NCBI GenBank assembly: GCA_039794845.1
Contig: JAUQVK010000048.1
Coordinates: forward strand, 19,018 to 37,850
Reading direction: 5' to 3'
DNA length: 18,833 nt
Source of the DNA: Thermostichus sp. DRC_bins_24
Lineage (GTDB): Bacteria; Cyanobacteriota; Cyanobacteriia; Thermostichales; Thermostichaceae
In this document: one piece after another, positions 8,007 to 16,067 of the stretch
Position numbering within the stretch: position 1 is the stretch's first letter
Layout: every line of letters starts with the position of its first letter
Notes under the pieces: generated by a model
Database searches by the model: none
Told to the model about the DNA's origin: nothing
Seen by the model: the letters and a program-made list of their open reading frames with translations, nothing else
Translations under genes and position numbers: made by a program

Positions 8007-8945
8007 CTATTCCTGCGCCAAATTGCCAGCCCGTACCCAACCCTCTTGGCCATCCTGACGACGAATGCGCTGCCAGCGGCCATCTTCGCTCAGACCCAGC
8101 ACCATCACCACTTCGTTCATGGGCACACCGCCAATATACGTTCCCTCTGCCTCCGGGGTTGCCCGCAAAGCCAACCCAATGGGCTCAATTACTCGCCCCC
8201 GTTCGCCGGGTGAAACGGCTGTTACCACCGGGGGGCGAGTGGGCAAAGGCGTGGGCTCAACCGTGGGATCCGCAGTAGTGGCCGCTGTGGCGGTGGCCGG
8301 TTCAGCACTGCCGATCGGGCCCAAGTTGCCGGCACGTACCCAACCCTCTTGTCCATTCAGCTCCCGCCGTACCCGTTGCCAACGGCCATCGGCGCTGTAC
8401 TCCAGCACTGTTACGGTCTCCCCTACAACAATTCCGCCCAAGTAAGCTCCATCAGCAGCCGGCTGACTGCGAATCGCCAGGCCAATCGGCTCGATCACCC
8501 GTCCTCGGCTACCAGGGGGAAAGCCTTCGGGATCAATGGTACCGGCAGCCGGCCCTGCCGAAGCCGGTGTGGGAGAAGGCAAACTTGCCGGACTGGGCAA
8601 GGGATCCACCCGCACCGCTTGCTGAAATTGCGGCCGGGAGGGAGGCTCTAACATCGGGGAAACGATCTGCCACAGTTGCCAACCCAAGGCGGCCAAGGCC
8701 CCGACTGAGACACTGACCACCATCAGGGTGCCAAAGGGGAAACCGCCAGAAGCAGAAGAAGAACGGCCTCGCATCGGGTAGGAGTGACCGGCAGCATCGC
8801 TATCCAAGTCTTGCGGCCATGGAGTTTTAGAAGAGGGAGGAGATGATGGGCGCAACCTGGGATCCCCAGGGGTAGGAACAGATCCCACAGAATCCGGGCG
8901 ACTCACCGCTGCCTCAGGCCGAGCCGTCGTCTTTTTCGAGTGCAT
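8007..8945 (-). CDS. Membrane-anchored protein with two bacterial SH3 (SH3b) domains
   Basis: One TM helix, P/T/A-rich linkers, and two near-identical domains RGRVIEPIGLA.R..P...G.Y.GG....E.V.VL..S.DGRWQR.RR...GQEGWVRAGNL. Confidence 0.85.
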   Translation of the reverse strand: MHSKKTTARPEAAVSRPDSVGSVPTPGDPRLRPSSPPSSKTPWPQDLDSDAAGHSYPMRGRSSSASGGFPFGTLMVVSVSVGALAALGWQLWQIVSPMLEPPSRPQFQQAVRVDPLPSPASLPSPTPASAGPAAGTIDPEGFPPGSRGRVIEPIGLAIRSQPAADGAYLGGIVVGETVTVLEYSADGRWQRVRRELNGQEGWVRAGNLGPIGSAEPATATAATTADPTVEPTPLPTRPPVVTAVSPGERGRVIEPIGLALRATPEAEGTYIGGVPMNEVVMVLGLSEDGRWQRIRRQDGQEGWVRAGNLAQE

Positions 8946-9131
8946 GGGGCCTTCACCTCAACCCTCTAAAACACATTTTCCCTAACTAAAAACAGGAGCC
9001 CGCAACAAGAACGGGATCCTGCCGGCAGTCGGGGCTCACAAGCACCGCAGCGCTTGCATCCCAATTTATAACATCTTCAGATTTCACCTCTCGGCAGGGC
9101 GGCCTGAGGATCCTCCTACGGGGATCCCCAA

Positions 9132-10295
9132 CTAGCCCAACAATTGCCTTAACCCCTCTACCAAGCGGCCAATACCTGTGGCGGCAGTTTGCTGTTCCAG
9201 GGCTCCGTAGGCCACCCGTAGGTAGCAGGTGTGGTCTCCCGAGGCCAACCCGAAGGTATCGCCGGGGATCACCGCCACCCGATGTTCGCGGATCAGGTGC
9301 TCCACCACCGCCATGGCCGACCACTCGGTTCTCAATCGCAGCAGAAAATAAAAAGCCCCCTGCGCCGTCGGGATTTCCACCCGGTCTCCCAGGGTTTGAA
9401 AAGCCTGGAGCGCCACCTGCCGAACCGCCATCAGGGATCCCAGCCGTTCCCGACAATAGGAGGATCCCACTTGCAACGCCCCCAAGGCCGCGTATTGAGA
9501 AATCACCGGCGGGCAGATCAAATTGGTGTCCTGGATCTTCAGGATCGGCATGAACAACGCTTCCGGGATAACCATATAGCCAATGCGCCAACCGGCAAAC
9601 CCATAGGACTTCGACAAGGAAAACAAAGAAATTGTGTGGTCATTGGGCACACTTTCCAGAGAAAAAGGAAGGATGCCGTCATAGAGGAAGTACTCGTAGG
9701 CTTGGTCGTGAATGTGGTAGAGGCCCCGTTCCTGGCAAAGTTGGTTGACCGCCTTGAGGTCGGCAGGCGGGTACACCACCCCAGTCGGGTTGTTGGGAGA
9801 AATGGTGACGATCCCCCGTGTTCGTTCCGTGATGGCCGCCTCAATAGACTCCAACTGCAACTGGTAGTTGGGATCGGTGGGCACACAAACCGCTCGACAC
9901 CCTGCCATCGTCACCGCCATCTCATGGTTGAAATAGTAGGGGGTCTGCAGGAGGATCTCATCTCCAGGTTGGGTGATGGCCAGCACCGCGTTAAGAAAGC
10001 CCATATTGCTTCCTGCCGTCACCACCACCCGCCGCCCCGATTGGAGGTGGTAGCCATTCTCTTGGCACAGCTTCTCCTCAATGGCCGCGATCAGCTCCGG
10101 GATCCCGTGTACCGGTTGATACTGGTGATTGCCGGGTTGGGAGAGAAACCGAGGAATTTGGTCTAAGGCTTCTTGCGGTGGGCCGTAGTAGGCGATCCCT
10201 TGCCCCAGGGAAATCGTGCCTGGGTGCTGACGAATCAACTCCGCCACCAGGGGGATCATCGGTGACTGCACCGCCTGCATCCGGGAGAGCATCAT
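9132..10295 (-). CDS. PLP-dependent aminotransferase class I/II (aspartate aminotransferase-like)
   Basis: TISLGQG, VVVTAGSN, ISPNNPTG, HIHDQAY, SLSKSYGFAGWRIGY (PLP lysine) and YLRVAYG motifs. Start placed at MMLSRMQAVQSP because the longer ORF overlaps the upstream gene. Confidence 0.92.
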   Translation of the reverse strand: MMLSRMQAVQSPMIPLVAELIRQHPGTISLGQGIAYYGPPQEALDQIPRFLSQPGNHQYQPVHGIPELIAAIEEKLCQENGYHLQSGRRVVVTAGSNMGFLNAVLAITQPGDEILLQTPYYFNHEMAVTMAGCRAVCVPTDPNYQLQLESIEAAITERTRGIVTISPNNPTGVVYPPADLKAVNQLCQERGLYHIHDQAYEYFLYDGILPFSLESVPNDHTISLFSLSKSYGFAGWRIGYMVIPEALFMPILKIQDTNLICPPVISQYAALGALQVGSSYCRERLGSLMAVRQVALQAFQTLGDRVEIPTAQGAFYFLLRLRTEWSAMAVVEHLIREHRVAVIPGDTFGLASGDHTCYLRVAYGALEQQTAATGIGRLVEGLRQLLG

Positions 10296-10323
10296 CGAGG
10301 GGAGCGGCAAAACGGGGTTAGAC

Positions 10324-10695
10324 TCACTCGTTGGTGAACTTATTCTGCCAGTCGGTGGTAAGGATTTCCCGGCCAAAGACCCACCCCGCCAGAATCAAGG
10401 GCAGTGCCAAGCCCAAAAAGCCGAAAAAACTGACCACCTGAGCGATCTGACGCTGGGATTTCTTCTTCTTAGGATCCGGGATATTGTTGGCGGCCAGCAC
10501 AACCTTTGAGCAGAAAGCCACTATCACCGCCCCCACCGGCCCCAAGACCAACGAGGGCCACAGCCAATCCGCCACCTGCGCAAACTCGTAGGCTCCCGTG
10601 AGGGGGATGATCACAAAACAGGCCAATTCCAGGATCCCCCAGGTGAAGAGGGCCAACTGGATATCTTTGCGAAAGACTTCGTTGGGATCGTACAT
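10324..10695 (-). CDS. Hypothetical membrane protein (about 3 TM helices)
   Basis: 123-aa ORF from ATG 10695 (MYDPNEV) with three hydrophobic segments and a lysine-rich loop. The upstream GTG at 10749 falls inside a repeat copy. Confidence 0.75.
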   Translation of the reverse strand: MYDPNEVFRKDIQLALFTWGILELACFVIIPLTGAYEFAQVADWLWPSLVLGPVGAVIVAFCSKVVLAANNIPDPKKKKSQRQIAQVVSFFGFLGLALPLILAGWVFGREILTTDWQNKFTNE

Positions 10696-10728
10696 AAGCC
10701 TCCGGGATAGACCGCCACGCTGCCACTT

Positions 10729-10852
10729 TACTGCCCTTTCACCGGTCACCTACAACCCCAGACGAGACTTCCCCTGCTGGCCGGATGGGGTTCCCGCGTA
10801 GCGGGAACAGGAAGCGTAAGTCTTGCTATGGAAAACCCGCCCAAGGGCTGTA
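10729..10852 (+). mobile_element. Complete MITE-like element copy (124 bp)
   Basis: Begins TACTGCCCTTTCACCGGTCACCTACAAC and ends CAGGAAGCGTAAGTCTTGCTATGGAAAACCCGCCCAAGGGCTGTA; 10-bp terminal inverted repeat with one mismatch. Confidence 0.65.
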
Positions 10853-10923
10853 AGGCTGAACCTGCGAGAGGGGATGCAACTGACCAAGAGGCACCAAGGT
10901 TCCAGACTGATCCAGACCAAGGT

Positions 10924-11083
10924 TACAGCCCTTTACGCCCAGGACACACCGGTGTGTCCGCTAGTCACACATAACAAAGATGGAAGTTGAGATCTACTCC
11001 CTGAAGGGCTAGCCCTCCGGGCCCCGCGGAAGCAGGAGCAGGAAACACAAGACCTGTCCTGGAAGACCCGCGCAAGGGCTGTA
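10924..11083 (+). mobile_element. Complete MITE-like element copy (160 bp) carrying an 18-bp palindrome insert
   Basis: Perfect 12-bp inverted repeat GTTACAGCCCTT (10922-10933) / AAGGGCTGTAAC (11074-11085). Right part CAGGAAACACAAGACCTGTCCTGGAAGACCCGCGCAAGGGCTGTA is similar to the other copies. Confidence 0.7.
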
Positions 11084-11101
11084 ACTGGACAATTTATAAT
11101 C

Positions 11102-11143
11102 GTTAAAGACTAACCAGACTAAGTTAAAGATTAACCAGACCAA
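11102..11143. repeat. 21-bp tandem repeat (GTTAAAGAYTAACCAGACYAA x2) just after a TATAAT
   Basis: 11102-11122 and 11123-11143 differ at 2 positions; TATAAT at 11095-11100. Confidence 0.7.
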
Positions 11144-11509
11144 CTTTGGAAACCGAGCTCCCCCTCACGTTACCCTTCCCCTTCATTCTCGGCAACCTAG
11201 GTAACTCAGTAAAATGATGCCCCAATTTTGGAGCTCACCTCCGTTAAATTACGGAGAGAAAGAAGCTCTTAGCAAGGATAAACTCCCATTGGGAAGCAAT
11301 GTGTAAAAACCCAAAACGGACTGATGCATCGCCTGTGTTTGCCGACCTTCCCAGTCAAGGTTGAGTTCCCCCTGTTCGCAGGGTTTGCCTGCCTTTTTCG
11401 CAGGTGGATCGAGGGTGCGTTGGATCTGCATCAATGGCTGCCTGTGGGTCGCCTGAAGGGATCCCGCTGCGATGTTGCCTCCCACCGACCCCGATAGACC
11501 CAAGCTGCC

Positions 11510-12229
11510 ATGTCCCGTATCCTCATCGTCGATGATGATCCCAGCATCTGTACCCTGCTACAGCGGTATTTGCAGCGGCAGGGATATCTGGTAGAGGTGG
11601 CGGCTACAGGAGCTGAGGGCCTACAACGGTTGCGCTCCTTCCAGCCAATTTTGGTGATTTTGGATTTGAACTTACCGGATATCAGCGGTTACGACCTCTG
11701 CCAGCAGATGCAAAAAGAGACCGGCGTATACGTGCTGATGTTGACCAACCGGGTCAGTGCTGCCGACAAATTGCAAGGGTTTCAGCTGGGGGCCGATGAC
11801 TACCTGACCAAGCCCTTCAGTCTGCCGGAGTTGCAGGCGCGGGTGCAGGCGATCCTACGGCGACAACGGATGAAAACCGAGATTACCAGCGCCCCCATGT
11901 TGACCTTCGCCTCTTTGGTGATCGACCCAGAAACTCGAGCAGTAACCCGCGAGCAGCGCCCAATCAACCTGACTGCCTTGGAATTTGATCTGCTCTACAC
12001 TTTAGCTCGGCATCCGGGGCGTGTTTGGCGTCGGGCTGAGCTGATTCAAGAGGTGTGGGATTTCAACCACGATGGGGATGAACGGGTGGTGGATGTGCAT
12101 ATCGGCCAGATCCGCAAGAAATTAGAAACCGATACCAGCCAACCGGAGTTGATCCGCACCGTACGCGGGGTGGGCTATAAGTTCGAGCCCCCCAGCTCTG
12201 GAGAGGGATGGGTGGAGGAGAAACCTTAA
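11510..12229 (+). CDS. OmpR/PhoB-family two-component response regulator (resembles cyanobacterial Rre3/Sll0649 type)
   Basis: Receiver domain ILIVDDD...LVILDLNLPD...GADDYLTKPF and winged helix LTALEFDLL...RVVDVHIGQIRKKLE...IRTVRGVGYKF. No adjacent kinase. Confidence 0.93.
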   Translation: MSRILIVDDDPSICTLLQRYLQRQGYLVEVAATGAEGLQRLRSFQPILVILDLNLPDISGYDLCQQMQKETGVYVLMLTNRVSAADKLQGFQLGADDYLTKPFSLPELQARVQAILRRQRMKTEITSAPMLTFASLVIDPETRAVTREQRPINLTALEFDLLYTLARHPGRVWRRAELIQEVWDFNHDGDERVVDVHIGQIRKKLETDTSQPELIRTVRGVGYKFEPPSSGEGWVEEKP

Positions 12230-12281
12230 CGGAAAGAGAGCATCCTCTGCAGTGCCAAAAAGTTCAAACGTTTGGGAGCCT

Positions 12282-13175
12282 TTAGTCCAGACGACGGCCC
12301 GTCAAACGCACAAAAATGTCTTCCAGGTTGGCAGGTCGCACCATCAGCCCGGTTTTGTCAGGTTCTGCTTCCAATTGCCGCTGAGCTTCCGCCAAGCTGG
12401 GGAAAAAAGTGTACTCTGCCTCCAACCCAGGTAGGGAACGCACCAGTAGAGCTTCTCCATGTTTGGCTCGCAACTGGGCTGGGCTGCCCAACTCGATCAA
12501 CCGCCCACCCTCCATGATGCCGATGCGGTCACACAGTTCTTCCGCTTCTTCCATGTAGTGGGTGGTTACCAACAAGGTCATCCCCTGCTGGTTCAAATTC
12601 CGCATGATCTCCCACAGCAGCCGCCGTGCCTGGGGATCCAACCCCACGGTGGGCTCATCCAGAAACAAAAGTTGCGGTCGATGCAACAGAGCCCTGGCCA
12701 CTTGCAGCCGCCGTTTCATGCCGCCCGAAAGGGTTTTCACCTTATCTTGCCGCCGATCCGCCAGTCGCACATACTCGAGCCATTCGTCGATGCGCCGCTG
12801 CCGCTCCGGGTTGGGAATGTGGTGCATGCGGGCGTGAAACTCTAGGTTTTCCCAAACGCTCAGCTCCGCCTCCAAGGTGATCGGTTGCAAAACCACCCCG
12901 ATCTGTTGCCGGACGAGCAAGGGATCCCGTACCACGTCGTAGCCCCCCACTAGGATGGATCCCTGGCTGGGTCGGGTAAGGCTGGTCAACATGCGGATGG
13001 TGGTGGATTTCCCCGCTCCATTCGGCCCCAACAACCCGAACACCTCCCCTTGGGGGATCCGTAGGCTCAAATCTTGAACGGCCACCTGCTGACCAAAGCG
13101 TTTCCACACCGATTGCAGCTCCACCGCAGCAGACTGAGTTTGGGGCAACGTTGGGGCCATCGAAAGAGCTGTCAC
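12282..13175 (-). CDS. ABC-2 type exporter ATP-binding protein (DrrA/NodI-like)
   Basis: Walker A GPNGAGKST, signature LSGGMKRRL, Walker B LLFLDEPT, H-loop TTHYMEEAE, C-terminal NLEDIF..LTG. Start may be the ATG of MAPTLP. Confidence 0.93.
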   Translation of the reverse strand: MTALSMAPTLPQTQSAAVELQSVWKRFGQQVAVQDLSLRIPQGEVFGLLGPNGAGKSTTIRMLTSLTRPSQGSILVGGYDVVRDPLLVRQQIGVVLQPITLEAELSVWENLEFHARMHHIPNPERQRRIDEWLEYVRLADRRQDKVKTLSGGMKRRLQVARALLHRPQLLFLDEPTVGLDPQARRLLWEIMRNLNQQGMTLLVTTHYMEEAEELCDRIGIMEGGRLIELGSPAQLRAKHGEALLVRSLPGLEAEYTFFPSLAEAQRQLEAEPDKTGLMVRPANLEDIFVRLTGRRLD

Positions 13176-13280
13176 GATTCCGATCCGTCCGTTTTGGATG
13201 TTAAGAAATCTTTTCTTCCAGCATACGCCGAAGTGGAGAGCCTTAGTCTCTCACCCCACTCCGCTCCCAAACTTTAAATC

Positions 13281-13421
13281 GGTAGTTGGAGGATCTCGGT
13301 GTTCTCCATGGGGCACTCTGGAGTGAGCCCCCCGGTTTCACAGAATGACACCGGTGAGCAGCAAAGCACCGCTCCACCCTTTCTCAATGTCCCTGATGTC
13401 CTTGTGATGGAGTAAACTACC
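13281..13421. ncRNA. Candidate structured ncRNA (possibly 6S/SsaA-like or a cis-regulatory leader of the ABC gene)
   Basis: Nested complementary segments: GGTAGTT/AACTACC, CTCCAT/ATGGAG, GGGGC/GCCCC, CCGGT/ACCGG, CGGTGTT/AGCACCG. No long ORF here. Identity not established. Confidence 0.3.
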
Positions 13422-13533
13422 CAACGCAATGCCTAACGGCAGGCTAACGCCAACATACTACGCATGGAGCGGGGGGATCCTGCGAGTCAAGCTGATCGTC
13501 ACAACTAAGAAGCTTTTGGTTAGTAAGAAGCTT

Positions 13534-13683
13534 CTAGGAGAGAGCACTCAGGAGCACAATATCCACGATCAACAACGCCCCCGAAAATGCCAGTAAGCTC
13601 CGCACAATGAGGCGCTCTCGCTTAGAGCGATGGGATCCGCCCAGACGGAGCCACTTGAGGGACTTGGGAAGAGAATACAGCAT
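13534..13683 (-). CDS. Putative 49-aa small membrane protein
   Basis: ATG at 13683; MLYSLPKSLKWLRLGGSHRSKRERLIVRSLLAFSGALLIVDIVLLSALS has a basic N-terminal part and one C-terminal TM helix. Confidence 0.45.
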   Translation of the reverse strand: MLYSLPKSLKWLRLGGSHRSKRERLIVRSLLAFSGALLIVDIVLLSALS

Positions 13684-13893
13684 GTCGATAGCGTCAGTCG
13701 CAAGGAAAGTAAGGATGCCTAGGGTGCCGGATGGAAAGGGGCCGATGCCTTCTGGGGTGATCATGCCCCATTCTCTACGGTTCGGATCCCGTGTCGGCTC
13801 CCCACGCTGGGGGGGACAACGGCGAAGGGCTGGAACCGCTGGCTGTGGGATCCAATTCCCATTAGAGTGAGGGTTAGCCGTTGCCGGGTATCT

Positions 13894-15135
13894 ATGGCCG
13901 TTTCCCTGGTCGAAACCGAAGCCGTCTTGAATCGGTGCTGGAGTCACTGGCAAACTCTCGCCAGCCGGGCTGATTTGCAGCCGGAGCTCAGAACCCTGTT
14001 GGCTTTGCGCAAGCGTCTGGCCTCCCGCTTGTTTTCCATCGCGGTGTTTGGGTTAGTGAATCGCGGCAAGTCGGCCATTCTGAACGCCCTGACCGGCGAA
14101 GCTCGGCTGGAAACGGGGCCTCTGAATGGAGTGACCCGACACCCACAGTCTTTACTGTGGCAACCCGAGCCGGGGATCCCATGGCGGGTGAGGCTAATCG
14201 ACACCCCTGGTTTGAACGAAGTGGAGGGAGAGGCCCGCGAACAGTTGGCCTGGGATGTAGCCCGCTCGGCGGATTTGATCCTGTTCGTCATCGCTGCAGA
14301 CCTGACCCAGCTGGAATACCAGGCGCTGCTGGAACTGCGCACCCTACACAAGCCGATCCTGCTGGTGTTGAACAAGTGCGATCTCTATTCTGAGGCCGAT
14401 CTGGAAGCGATTCGGGCCCAGATAAGCCGCCCACACTTGGGTTTGGTGCAGCCGCAGGAGATTTTGACCGTAGCTGCTTGCCCAAAACCCCTGAAAGTGC
14501 GCACCCACTGGCCAGATGGCCGCGTCACCACCGAATGGGAACGCCCCGCCCCCCAAATGGAAGCGTTGCGCGGGCGTATCCTCGACATTTTGCAAACGGA
14601 GGCGGGATCCCTGCTGGCCCTTAACCTTCTCAAACGGTTGGATCGGGTGCAGAGGCAAATTCTACACAAGCAATGGCAGCATCACACCCGTTTTGCGGAA
14701 CGTTGGAGCCAAGTTTGTGCCCTTGGCAAAGGAATTGGGGTGAGCTTGGCCCCGTTGGGGTTGGATCTGCTGTTGGCCCCGCTGCTGGATGTTCTGTGGC
14801 TGTTGGGCCTAAGCGTGCGGCTGCATTTGCCCAGGTCTATCTGGCGAGTGGGAATCGGCTCTCCCCGAGGAGAACTGTGGCGATCACTCCTCTTGAATGG
14901 CGGTCTTCTGTTACTGGCGGAAGGGCTGGGATCTTGGCTCTGGGACGGTTGGGGGAACGGTCTGCTGCAGGCACTGGTGGCGGGGTTCAGCCTGTATCGT
15001 CTCGGCGTCTTTGCCCCGCAGATGTTGACCCCTTTGGCGGCCTCCGGCTTTGGGTTGGGAAAACTCCTGAACACCCTGACCAAAACCGGGAACCCCCTGT
15101 CTGTAACTGCTTCGCAACTCAGTTCCTCCTCTTGA
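13894..15135 (+). CDS. Era-like (TRAFAC) small GTPase with C-terminal hydrophobic DUF697/YcjF-like region
   Basis: G1 GLVNRGKS, G2 GPLNGVT, G3 DTPG, G4 NKCD; hydrophobic C-terminal helices. Confidence 0.87.
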   Translation: MAVSLVETEAVLNRCWSHWQTLASRADLQPELRTLLALRKRLASRLFSIAVFGLVNRGKSAILNALTGEARLETGPLNGVTRHPQSLLWQPEPGIPWRVRLIDTPGLNEVEGEAREQLAWDVARSADLILFVIAADLTQLEYQALLELRTLHKPILLVLNKCDLYSEADLEAIRAQISRPHLGLVQPQEILTVAACPKPLKVRTHWPDGRVTTEWERPAPQMEALRGRILDILQTEAGSLLALNLLKRLDRVQRQILHKQWQHHTRFAERWSQVCALGKGIGVSLAPLGLDLLLAPLLDVLWLLGLSVRLHLPRSIWRVGIGSPRGELWRSLLLNGGLLLLAEGLGSWLWDGWGNGLLQALVAGFSLYRLGVFAPQMLTPLAASGFGLGKLLNTLTKTGNPLSVTASQLSSSS

Positions 15136-15234
15136 AGAAGTACAACCTGTGCTTTGCAGCACATTCAGGTAGGCAACCCAATCTGTTCGCCAATGCTTTG
15201 GTGCTGCTCCCAATTCCGATGTCGAAGCCGGCGT

Positions 15235-15777
15235 TCAAGAAGACAAGCGCTGGATCTCAACGGTATCTCCCACCTGCAGGCCAAGGCTTGCGGCAGTACC
15301 CCCGCGAAACTCCAGCACGCCGTCCACCAACTGCGAAGGGGGTGGCCCATACGTTGGGCAGGGTTGAGCCGGGCAACCGGGCACATCGGCAGCAATGTAC
15401 ACCACTTCGCCCTGGTAAAGAAAAATGATGTCCAGGTTGATCAGGGTATTAAACATCCAGAAGGAAGCAGGTCGAGGCGGATCAAAGGGGAACCACATGC
15501 CCCGGTCTTCTGGTAAATCGGTGCGAAACATCAGACCGATACGCTGTTGCTCAGGTGTACGGGCCACTTCCAGCTCAAACCGTTGATCGGCAATCGTCAC
15601 TTCCGCCTCAACTGCCAGGTGTTGAGGTTGTCCGGTCGCTGGAGAAGGATTGGCGGCTGCTTCGGCCACCTGCACTTGCGAGGATTCACCTGCTGAAGAT
15701 GTACATCCCAGCCCGGATCCGAGTAGCAGCAAAGCCAGACTCAAGTAGCCGGTCATTTTGCCCCATTTCACCGCCAT
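15235..15777 (-). CDS. DUF192 domain lipoprotein
   Basis: Lipobox GLGC; LEVARTPEQQRIGLMFR...GMWFPF.....SFWMFNTLINLDIIFL...CP..PCPTY...VLE..GG.A..LGL.VGD. Confidence 0.9.
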   Translation of the reverse strand: MAVKWGKMTGYLSLALLLLGSGLGCTSSAGESSQVQVAEAAANPSPATGQPQHLAVEAEVTIADQRFELEVARTPEQQRIGLMFRTDLPEDRGMWFPFDPPRPASFWMFNTLINLDIIFLYQGEVVYIAADVPGCPAQPCPTYGPPPSQLVDGVLEFRGGTAASLGLQVGDTVEIQRLSS

Positions 15778-16067
15778 ACTTCACCCCTTTGTGGTCAACG
15801 ATGCATTTCTTGAGCAGGCTTTATCCTAGCGCCTAGCTAACCTAGACATGAGGGGCATTCCAGTCGATCTGCACGGGATCCCTGACAAGCTCACCTTCCC
15901 CCGCGGGCTTGATTGTGGTGTTGGATACTTCCACCTACCAGAAACCGTTGATGTCTCTCCACCCCAAGCGCAGCCGAAATGACCACCCTGGGTAAGAGCA
16001 GCCTCCAACCGACTCGATAGCATAGCGGTAGAGCCCACTATCCCCAAGCTTTGCGAGGAAAGCCGCC

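Noticed and set aside
9231..10166. 311-aa + strand ORF (and similar antisense ORFs such as 6940-7632)
   Set aside because: Antisense shadows of well-supported genes in GC-rich DNA.
10729..11143. Possible CRISPR array from recurring GGAAAACCCGC.CAAGGGCTGTAA motifs
   Set aside because: Only two same-strand copies ~230 bp apart, degenerate, with inverted partners; no regular spacers and no cas genes. Better explained as element ends.
11249..11503. 84-aa minus-strand ORF upstream of the response regulator
   Set aside because: Non-ATG start, no recognisable motif, and it occupies the probable promoter/leader.
12282..13175. ABC ATPase as the missing CbiO or as heme exporter CcmA
   Set aside because: Motifs (LSGGMKRRL, TTHYMEEAE, NLEDIF..LTG) fit DrrA/NodI-type exporters; no ECF or ccm context.
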